Assembly (NCBI GenBank): GCA_040387495.1
Contig: JAZKDQ010000014.1
Span: forward strand, 9,752 to 73,751
Direction: 5' to 3'
Origin: Pseudomonadota bacterium
GTDB lineage: Bacteria; Pseudomonadota; Alphaproteobacteria; Paracaedibacterales; CAIOTO01
DNA length: 64,000 bases
This document shows, piece by piece, positions 51,451 through 61,400 of this stretch (its first letter is position 1; each line of letters opens with the position of its first letter). The notes beneath the pieces were generated by a model. It saw nothing but the letters and a program-made list of their open reading frames with translations. It had not been told where the DNA came from and did not search any database. Both the position numbers and the translations under genes were made by a program.

Positions 51451-52431
51451 CTAACTCAATGATATTATAAGTTCCTGAATTGCAGAAGCAGCTAGTATGC
51501 GATACTCGCTCATTGCACCATAAGATTGTAAACGAGTGATATAACTTTGCAATTTAGAAATAATAAACACTTTTTCTTGGGGAGATGTTCGAACAGAATA
51601 TCGTTTGGAAATACCCTCCGCATCAGGCAGAAGCTTTATCTTAATTTTTTTTAATTTATTGCGGTTTTCTGACTTCAAAACTGCTTCAATTGGTTTAGGT
51701 ACTTCGTCCAAGTATTGAGCTTCAATCTCACCAAAAAACATAGCTGGATAATCAAGACGGGTAGCATGATCTGGATCTACTGCATAATGTTCTACACTGT
51801 CTAACATAAACATGGCATCTCTGTCATTTTCACCCATAGCTCTTACATATATACCATAATTGGGGTTGCAGCCATCGTCATCCGGGTATCCTTCGACCAT
51901 GCCTAACAAAAATTCTATAATATAGAAAAGGCCTCCGCCATGAGAAATATCTTGAATTTCTTGGGGTTCTATGTCTAATTTCTTATCATAAGAGCGTCTC
52001 GGTAATGATTTTTTTGTTTCCTGTATCTTATCCCCATTTTCCGCACTAACTGACCGCTTTTTAAGTTCTTTCACCTTCATACTTTTTAATACCGTTACAA
52101 TGTCAGATGCAATTTCTTCTATTTCTTTTTCTTCTTGAAATTTTTGCGCGATTTTACGAATATCACTGCGTTTGTACTTTTCTGACACTGCAAATATTTT
52201 TTCACGAGCCATCTCCTTTAGGAGGGGCCTATCACCATCAGAAGCAGCCTTATCAATATCTTCAAAAATTTTTTCACTATTGTTTAAAAAATTCTCAATT
52301 TTTTCAGCTCTTGTGTAGCCTGGCAAAATAGACCTATCAAGTTCCAAATCACAATCTAAGTGGCTTTCGCTCGCAAAAGTTGACACTGATATCATAGAAA
52401 TAAATATTATTGATTTAAACATGCTTTTCAT
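51451..52431 (-). CDS. Secreted protein, possible ADP-ribosyltransferase-fold effector
   Basis: Signal peptide; SHGGG..YI..FL.G..EGY, GIYV, DYPA...GEIEA.YL, IEAVL. Confidence 0.5.
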   Translation of the reverse strand: MKSMFKSIIFISMISVSTFASESHLDCDLELDRSILPGYTRAEKIENFLNNSEKIFEDIDKAASDGDRPLLKEMAREKIFAVSEKYKRSDIRKIAQKFQEEKEIEEIASDIVTVLKSMKVKELKKRSVSAENGDKIQETKKSLPRRSYDKKLDIEPQEIQDISHGGGLFYIIEFLLGMVEGYPDDDGCNPNYGIYVRAMGENDRDAMFMLDSVEHYAVDPDHATRLDYPAMFFGEIEAQYLDEVPKPIEAVLKSENRNKLKKIKIKLLPDAEGISKRYSVRTSPQEKVFIISKLQSYITRLQSYGAMSEYRILAASAIQELIISLS

Positions 52432-52734
52432 TGAATTAAACCTTATGTTTTATATATTAAAAATGAATTAATAAATTATATATAATCACATAAATCTAAA
52501 ATTTCAATACCCATTAAAAAAATATGTTGTAAAAAACATCTTGTTCGCGTTACTATAAACTAGGTTCGGATGATAAAAAACTAAATTGGGTTTAACTTAC
52601 CCGTTATCATTCTTGAGAATCCTGTAATAGGATCACCTTACATAGCCATTAAAAATAAAAATATTAATTTTTAAAATAGCTAAGAATACCCCGTAAATAA
52701 TAGTGTAAAACCTTAACCTAAGCGAATTGTTATA

Positions 52735-53445
52735 TTGATGATTAAACGTAATCGACCACGTCCTAATAATGGTGGCATGCGCCCACACCGCCCACACCAA
52801 AATGGTTATTCTTCGAATCCAAATTTAAAGAATGACGACAGCTCTGAGGTTCGCCTTAAGAACCGTGGTTATTATCAGCAAATGTATGATAAATACTCCA
52901 CCGCCGCACGTGAATCGTTGAGCCTTGGCGAACGTATCGAAGCCGAAGGACACTTTCAACACGCTGAGCATTACTTGCGTCAATTGAATGATCGCATCCG
53001 TTATGATAACGAGGCGCAGCAACAGCAGCAGCAACGGTTCCAAGCGCAGCAAGCACAACAGCATGCTCAGTTACTTGCACAGCAAAATCAACAAGCAGCT
53101 CAGGCACAACAAGCGCAAACACAGCCTGATCAATCACAACAAGCGCAAACACAGCCTGCTCAGCCACAACCAACTCAGCCACAAGCTCCCAAGCCACAAC
53201 ACGTTCATCGCAGGCCTACGGTTAAAGCTGCTCAGCCTTCCGTTGCAAGCGACGCTACTGAACACAACGGTGCAACGTTGGAGGGTGATGTAAATCCAGA
53301 TGCTCCAGTACAAGAAAAGCGCCCTTACCGTAAGCGTGTATTGCGCACACCGCACAGAAGGCACACCCCACAAGACGGCGCATCACAAAGCGCAACGCCA
53401 AGTGCTGCTCAAAGCGCACCACAAAACGATTCGGTAACATCATGA
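52735..53445 (+). CDS. DUF4167 family protein with Gln/Pro-rich tail
   Basis: RG..QQMYDKY...ARE....G.RI.AE...QHAEHYLR. Confidence 0.85.
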   Translation: MMIKRNRPRPNNGGMRPHRPHQNGYSSNPNLKNDDSSEVRLKNRGYYQQMYDKYSTAARESLSLGERIEAEGHFQHAEHYLRQLNDRIRYDNEAQQQQQQRFQAQQAQQHAQLLAQQNQQAAQAQQAQTQPDQSQQAQTQPAQPQPTQPQAPKPQHVHRRPTVKAAQPSVASDATEHNGATLEGDVNPDAPVQEKRPYRKRVLRTPHRRHTPQDGASQSATPSAAQSAPQNDSVTS

Positions 53446-54380
53446 GCATAGAAACAAACAACCTAAACACACATGACAATGCCGATAACACTGCGCAAGC
53501 ACTTGCTAGACACTGTGGCTACGTTGCTGTCCTTGGCAGACCAAACGCTGGTAAGTCGACTCTGGTTAATAAAATCACTGGCCACAAGGTGTCGATTGTA
53601 TCCCCAAAGGTGCAAACCACACGCCGCCGGGTACTTGGTATACAAATCAAAGGTGATACACAGTTGATCTTGGTTGATACACCTGGGCTATTTGCACCAA
53701 AGCGCGCACTTGAAAAAGCTATCGTGCAAGAGGCCTGGAAAGCACCAAAAGACGCAGATCTTGTGGTTTATATGGTTGACGTAACCGCACGCAATCACCA
53801 TGAAGATTTGGAACTCATTGAAAAACTTCCAACAGATATCCCGCTGTACATTGTGTTCAACAAAGTTGATTTACTTAACAAAGAAAAGCTATTTCAAGTT
53901 GCAGAACCATTCAACCAGCTAAACAAAGCCAAAGAGTTCTTCATGATCTCTGCCAGCAAAGGCAGCGGTGTGGATGATCTTGTTGCAAAGATGGTGTCTG
54001 AACTTCCCCAAGGGCCATGGCTATTCGATGAAGATCAAATTTCAGATGCACCAAAAAAACTATGGGCGGCTGAAATTACACGCGAACAGCTATACCTGCA
54101 ATTGGAAAATGAATTACCATACGAGACGTTTGTTGAAACTGAAAAGTACGAAGTGTTCAAGAATGGATCCGTCAAGATTTCGCAAGCCATTGTGGTCGCA
54201 CGTGACAGCCAGAAATCTATTGTTGTGGGCAAAGGCGGCCAGCGTATTAAAGACATCAGCATGCGCGCGCGCCATGAAATGGAACGCTATCTAGAGCAAA
54301 AAGTGCATCTATTTCTGTTCGTGAAAATCGAAGAAAATTGGATGAGCAAAGAACGTTTCTTGCGTGAGATTTTTTATTAA
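53442..54380 (+). CDS. era: GTPase Era
   Basis: GRPNAGKSTL, QTTR, DTPG, NKVD, KH domain. Confidence 0.98.
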   Translation: MSIETNNLNTHDNADNTAQALARHCGYVAVLGRPNAGKSTLVNKITGHKVSIVSPKVQTTRRRVLGIQIKGDTQLILVDTPGLFAPKRALEKAIVQEAWKAPKDADLVVYMVDVTARNHHEDLELIEKLPTDIPLYIVFNKVDLLNKEKLFQVAEPFNQLNKAKEFFMISASKGSGVDDLVAKMVSELPQGPWLFDEDQISDAPKKLWAAEITREQLYLQLENELPYETFVETEKYEVFKNGSVKISQAIVVARDSQKSIVVGKGGQRIKDISMRARHEMERYLEQKVHLFLFVKIEENWMSKERFLREIFY

Positions 54381-54415
54381 AGATCCCACTGAAAACAAAC
54401 AACACAATCACACTA

Positions 54416-54454
54416 TATAAAACACCAGTTTAGTACATAAGCTGGTGTTTTATA
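54416..54454. terminator. Long inverted repeat after era
   Basis: tataaaacaccagttta-gtaca-taagctggtgttttata. Confidence 0.7.
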
Positions 54455-54475
54455 ATGTATAAAGAAGTGTAAAAA

Positions 54476-54813
54476 ATGAAAATTTTAAAAGAATAATTTA
54501 TGAAACAACCTTTTCACTTATATCAAGCATCTATGCCAGCGAGATTTTTCACCTCAATGAACTAAAAGACTTAGCAGAAAAATACGGACAGCAAGAAAAG
54601 AGCATCCCAGCTATCAATAGAAATAAGTGTAAACTGCCAAGTCCGACTCTCCAAGGTCAGCATATTGTCATGGCACTGTGCAGGTCCAACCTCTTGACAA
54701 AGGAGGAAGCCCGGCAGAAACTAAAGTATCTATTAATGGAAGAACTTGCGCACCGAGTTCAGCAAGAAATTCAGCGACTTAATAAATTTACTCTAATTAC
54801 CATACAACAATAG
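54476..54813 (+). pseudogene. Frameshifted small secreted-protein gene
   Basis: MKILK, then a shifted frame open for about 107 codons: RIIYETTFSLISSIYASEIFHLNELKDLAEKYG...; stop at 54811-54813. Confidence 0.4.
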
Positions 54814-55040
54814 CAGGTAGATTATCCCATACAGTTTCGTCGCCAATAGGTGTCCATTGGGGCTCTGCTATTTGCTCGTCAGCAGGATTTAAACGACGAC
54901 GAATGGCAACATTACGGCCATTAGATGTCAGGTTTTCGGTAAAAGGCCTACTTTGGTCAAACCGCCGACATTACCGGTGTAAGTAAATAAAAAAAAGTTA
55001 TATGTTACTTATAGATTTTTATTCTAAATGAATATGTATT

Positions 55041-55127
55041 TTGAATAAAACAATGAAATTCTTGGCTCTTATATCCTGAAAAATATACAAATTTTAACCG
55101 TGTTGCACTTGCATCTTGAATGGAGCC
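55041..55127 (+). mobile_element. IS30-family right-end remnant
   Basis: gtgttgcacttgcatcttgaatggagc resembles an IS30-type IRR overlapping the VALAS* terminus; decayed LN..MK.L upstream. Confidence 0.5.
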
Positions 55128-55135
55128 CCCCCAAA

Positions 55136-55402
55136 TTAGTAATATTTTGATATTTCCTTGATGATATCATCTATCAAACAATCAATAGACTCATAAAGAC
55201 TAGAACTATCCATTGTAAATTGGAACGAATCAATATTTGCTTCGCTACTCATTAAAAAATCACGAAGTGGCTTTTCTTCTAAAGCAATAATTTCTTGAGA
55301 AGTTTTCCATATTATACTTTTTAGAATATCAATATTTATCCTCCGATTTTTAAATTCGTCGCAAGCTGCTTTCAAAGCAGTTATAATTTCTGGATATATC
55401 AC
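55136..55402 (-). CDS. Putative cognate immunity protein
   Basis: 88-aa, AT-rich, acidic/helical ORF starting 1 nt after the toxin stop. Confidence 0.75.
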   Translation of the reverse strand: MIYPEIITALKAACDEFKNRRINIDILKSIIWKTSQEIIALEEKPLRDFLMSSEANIDSFQFTMDSSSLYESIDCLIDDIIKEISKYY

Positions 55403-55403
55403 T

Positions 55404-58400
55404 CTATTTCCCTCTAAATGGATTAACGGTTACTACAATTTTGCTATTAAATTCAGTTACAACCTCAGCCGTTCCTAATGAATGGACTACTCTTTCAACT
55501 CCATTGAATGACACTGTTGTTTTACTACCACTCATTATAACTTCTTCTATTAGTGATGGTGGAAAGCTTCTTCCTGCTCCTATGGAACCTGCAGGAGCTC
55601 CCAACCCAGATGGCTGCATTCTATCAACAGCGTGTTGTGTATATAATCTGTTACCTATTTGTGCATATTGTGTTTCACCAATGCTAGTTTTAGGATAATT
55701 AGTCCAGCTTTCCCATAATAATCCTTCTCTATTTGCAATACCAACTTCAGCTTCTAAAACTCCACCTGCAACACCACCAAAAGTCGGCAGATTCGCCCCT
55801 CGAACTTTTAAGTAATTCGCCCCAGCCAGCAAACCAGCCAGATTGGCGCCATCACCAATCAACTGTCTGATGGCGGCTTTTTCTTGTGCCGTATCGCCTA
55901 AATGATCAGCAGAGATGTTTCCTAGCTGTCTTACTCCTTCGGTAAGGAGTGCTTCAATGGAAGGTTCAACCATCAAAGCGGTTGCCGCCAGGGATGTTGC
56001 TCCACCTAATAATGCACAGGTGCGAAGACCTGCAATGTTCTTGATGCCGCTTGCTGCACATAAGCCCGTTCCACCTGCCGCACCTAAGACAGCCATATCA
56101 ATATACAGCATTGCCCGTACACAGTCCCCAAATAGGTGCACGCTAGATGTCAGAGTTTTTTCTGCCCAGGGATGTTCCCTTAGGATCTGATGTATGTTTT
56201 CATTGGCACCTGCAATTTTCTGAACATAGCCTTTGATTACACTTTTTTGGGTGGCTTCTAGGGCTTCTGGCGAACTTGGCATTTCAGTAATAAGCTCAGC
56301 CGCTGTTGGTGTTTTTCCTAAACTCTCATTGGAAAGGTGCTGAAGTTTTGTGCGCACCAAGGCTTGTTCCTCTGGGCTGATTCCATTTGCTTCAGCATCA
56401 GATTTTAATGCGGATTCATCGACAATTTCATCTTTTGTATCTGTCTTCACACCAATATGATTTGCCGCACTTGCCCCAAAATTATGATCCAACGACGTAT
56501 TCGCACTGAATATCGCCATGCCAATGTCATCGGCGCTCATTCCCACCGCAAAGGCAATTGCGCCGGTAACAATGCGTGCAGCAGCTTGGGTTTGACGAAT
56601 GCGTGTGCGATCATAGCCTTTATCCCCAATTCCGCCGGTGGGTGTAAAGATATCCGCTGTTGTTTCAGCGATCAGGGCTCCAGCAGCACCAGCAACGGCT
56701 TTGCCCAACATGTCAGCATTCATGCCTTTTGCAGAACCAACGATGATGCCTTCACCCGCACCTTTTAATGCGTGCAATAATTTGTGACTGATCGCATCAA
56801 CTGCTGCCCCTTCGGAGCCTTTATACCACGTACCAATCTTGGTCGACACATAACCACCGATCGTACCTGCGACTGCACCTAAGGTAGCTGCGACTCCGTC
56901 TGTGCGCCTGGTAAAGGCAAGGTCCGTTGACATCTTAACAGCCATATTGACGCCTTGATTCGCTGCTTGTCCTTCCAAGGTCGTGAGTGTTGATACATCT
57001 GTTGCTAGTTCAAAATGTTCCAATATCCCATGTGTCATTCCTGCCAGCAGCATTGACATACCAACGGATTGTAATGTTTCTGTACTGGCAAATGCTTTGG
57101 CTGATTTTTGTGGATCGAATCCATTGTTTGCAAGGGAGAGAGCAGCTGAGGTGCAGACGGATGTGAACCCAGCTGCAAACGCGGTAGAGGCAATGCCTTC
57201 GGCAGCAAATCCGAACGTTGTCGCCATAGAACCGCCCACCGATGCGGCAGCACCTGTACCAAACGTTACCGCACCAACGGCAATAGCAATCAGTGCGCCA
57301 CATGCAGCGGTTATGCCGCCTGCTTTTTGATTGACTTCATTATGCACTTCGTCCCAGAACAGTTGTGTAACCTGTCCGTGATCCATTTCGATTCGTTTGA
57401 GAAACTCTGCGGTTCTGCCGCGCACCTCTTCAATGAGCAGGGTAACAGGTGCATCCTTGGTGGTAATGACTTTGAGATTGCCAATCCTGGATTGTGTGCC
57501 CGTTTGATGTTCAGACATGTGCATCGATTGCGATTTATACCACATCCCTTCAGACTTTTCTGAACGCTGAAAACTTTCATAACTCTTACTAAGATGAAAT
57601 GTAATTGTGCCACCCTTTGGATCAATGACAAGGTCTTTGATGTTGGCACCTGTAATATCAACCGAACCTCGTTGCCCAAGAATAATTTCGACGGGTGTGT
57701 CGCCGGCATCCATACCAACTGAGTTTATCCGTTGGCAGGAAGAATAGATTTCGCTATCTTTGCCGCCGAAAAGACCTCCACAGGAGCTTTTGCCTTTTGT
57801 ATGCTCTTTCGTGGCACAGCTGTATGAATTTTGCACATCATGTATGCGAACTCCTTCACCCGCTAATAATTGCAACAGTTTCGCACGTACCTTGGTTGCG
57901 TACGTATCAATGCGTCCATCGGCCTTAAACACAACCGCACCTTTGCAGGTATAGTTGGACGTTGCCGCGTGCGACCAATGTTCTTCGATGATTTTTGTGC
58001 TACGGCGATTGTGCTCAACTGTAGTACGTGCGCCCTCAAGCATCAACGGAATGTCAAAGATGTTCCCGGTCGTTTCAAACAGGATGCTTGTATCTGAATG
58101 TGCCTCAATCGCTTGTAGATAAAGATCGTGCTGTGCTTTAACAGTGATCGGCCCTTTGGATCGCATTGAAAAACGCTCAATCACATCTTGAAAACCACCA
58201 TCAATTGACATGCGCTTTGTTTTTGAGCCTAAGAATCCGCCTTTTTCGTTAGTTAAATTAAGTCTTCCATCGGATATGAATTTCGCACCTCGTGCATCGA
58301 GAGAGCCAAAATTAAGCGTTGCAGAACCTGCTTCTTTTTTTGCCTTTGGTTTTCTGACTTTGGTTTTTGGTGCGCTTAAATCAACGTCCTTATCTGGATC

Positions 58401-61400
58401 ATCGTCGCGTGCAGCGCGTGCGGTTAAGATGTGCTCTTCCTCTGGATCAGTTATGTCTTCAAGCGGGGCCTCCTGTACAATGACTCCCTCATCGATATAT
58501 GTTTCGTTTGCATTAAGAGTGACGTTTTGTCCATAAAACCCTGGCCCTATATTTTTCAGAATCTCAGTATAAGGGATATACTCCCTCATTAAATAATGTG
58601 GCCGGATTCTTTTATCTAAAATCCATTGTTCAGGAATCAATTGCCACAAAAGAATGCTTTTAGTTACGTTGTCTAAATCAGATAATGTAATGGTATCTTG
58701 ATGCGGAAAAAAGTTTTGTGTTCGACGGACAAGAACATTTGCCAAATCTCCTCGGTGATCAGCTGTATAAGGGTCATACATACGTCCAGTCGCACCACCA
58801 TGCATGTTCATAAATGCAAATCGCTCAAATGCAGGGTGAATATAAAATGGAACTCCTGGTTTAAAGCCACGTTCGGATTGACCAAGAATAAGTGCGTCTT
58901 TTGGTTTTACGATTGCATGACGATTGGATATTTTTTCCCTTGGAACAACGAAACCTTCGTCTGTTTCATTTGCTATGCCCCCAATTAGCTGTGTTTTATA
59001 AGATGCAGCTGTCGTTAATATGCCATTAGGTAATAAAAACCCTGACATATGAGATGGCCCACGCTGAGTGTTCCCGCCACCTAGATTTAATATATTTGTT
59101 GCAGCATCAATAGTTCGTGCAGAGAGAAAACCGTGATTTATTAATTCTTTTTGTAAATCAGTTAAAAAATCTTTTCCTATAAAAATTTGTCCACCAAATG
59201 TATGAGAAACTTCATGATGAATACCTTCATGAGATTGGCCATTACACGTACCCCCACCTCTGCATTCTCCAGGTTTAATTGTCAGCCTTGTTGTGATTTC
59301 TGCTTCTGTGGTCATGCTATGATGATTTTTAAAAACACTTCCAAGGACGTTCAAATTATTTCCTGCAATTGAAACGTCATCAACATCAAAATGAACGTCA
59401 CCTATGCACTGCAGATAAGCAATTGGAGAGATATTTATTTCATTCCACATACCATACCAACCACCTGAATGACCAAATTTAAAAGAACTTGGTAGATATC
59501 TATCATATTTTAAAGTTGATCCTTTGAAATAAATAGACCCACTTAAATTAATTTGGGTTGATCTAAGATGAATTTGTTGACCGGTTTTTTCTAAAATTAA
59601 ATAGAGCGATGATCCACTATATAAAGAACCATAATTCCCTAAAATATCTCCGGTTTTGGAAAGTATAGTAAGAACATCATTGGATGAAAATCCCGATCGA
59701 TTGCTTTCATATCCATCAACGTTCTTCCATACATTTCCAGTGCGATCACCGTATATGTGATCTTCAGTTCCAGGGCCATACGAGCAAAACTGTGGGCCTG
59801 TGTTGTATGAAAAATGGCGATATTTTTTTGTATTTTTAGGTATAAGTACAGAATCTCCCCATTTGATATTACCTTTAGATGAAATTATATTTGTTTTTCC
59901 GCAGCTATGAACGTAACCATATCGATTATCCACATCCCCCTCAACGGTGACATTCATGTGATACTTATGTGCAGGAACAGGTGGCCTTCGCTGACCTTCG
60001 ATGTGTTCAGGTTCTAGTGTTTTCAATGACCCCATTTCATCATTGCTTTTGCCATTTCGAAAGGTCTTGGCGAATAAATCCAACGCGCTAAAAGCCGCAA
60101 AATAACAATCATTTTTGTAGTCATCCACGTGCATTTCAATGTGCTGACCGAGCTTTAAATCTGCTGCCGGAATAAATGATTTTCCATAAATGAGAAGCTT
60201 TCCAGCAGCATGAAAATTGCTATGATATTGCTGAAGAAAGGGGGCTACATTACGTCCAGGCAATGTAAGAATAAAATTCTTTTTCGTTTTTATCATTCCC
60301 AATTGACTTATCTTGGACAAAGGCGTTGCATAATTTGAATCATACACAATCGTCAACGAACTACCTTCTAATGCATCGTTCTTCAGTAAGCTATTCGATG
60401 CCAAAGGAAACTTTGCTTTGTTCTTATTAAAAACTTCTTTAAACCAGCTTGAAAACGTATCAAATCGCACTTTGCAATGCCCATAAAACGCAACAAAATC
60501 TTCACTGACTGGGCTTAACGCTTCATTGATAGATTCATAATCATATTCACCAATATATTCAACAAGCTCATGTGCCATCTTTTCAGCTAAGCGTAAAACT
60601 TCAAAATGTCCAAAAAGTGCATCACCTTTTGGATAGGTTGGAAATTGGGATAAAAATATGGTCGGTTTTTTGCCTATTCGTTGATTTTCAATATGAGTCG
60701 TGATTTGATGTTCCATCACGATTTGTAGAAAATGTTTTTTTTCCTCATCTGTTGCTTGCCTTTTGGTATCCACGTTACTTTTTCTAAGCTGATCGATAGA
60801 TGTTATTGTGGGCTGACTTACGTGAGTAGCAGATGCTTTATCAACAGAATTAGTAGTTACATTCAATGTTGCAGCAGCAGTAATGGGGGATACTTGTGCA
60901 GTAGCATCAGAAGAAAGGCTTCTTTTGAATTTAATTGCTAGATTATGTAATGAGTGAATATCGCCAACATTATCAATATCCGCAGCAATGATAACATGCG
61001 CTTGATCCAATAAAACGAGCTTGCGACCCTCATTAATTTTTAACTTTCCGATCTCATACTTTCCTTTTCCTAAAATGAGATTATGTTCATTGGTTAAGCT
61101 TTCTGTTTCAAATTTTCCAGACCGAATTGTCGTTGGCCCTTTAATGAACATTGTTTTGTAAGATCCGTATGTCCCTTTAAAATGGGTAACATCCAATTTC
61201 CCTTCAAGTGTTAGGTTGTTTGGAGCAATGTAAAGCTGGTCAATATGGGCAATTCCATCGAGATTATCCCAACGCGTGAGCACTGTATAATCACCATCGA
61301 GTAATGAAAGGTTTCCTTGATTCTTAACTGTTGCTATAGAAAATCCACCTTTTCGAAGTGTCATATCCCCATCGTTTTGCAAGAGAGCAAGCCAAGAATG

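Noticed and set aside
53010-53200. Gln-rich repeats in the DUF4167 gene as a novel element
   Set aside because: Low-complexity tails are usual for this family.
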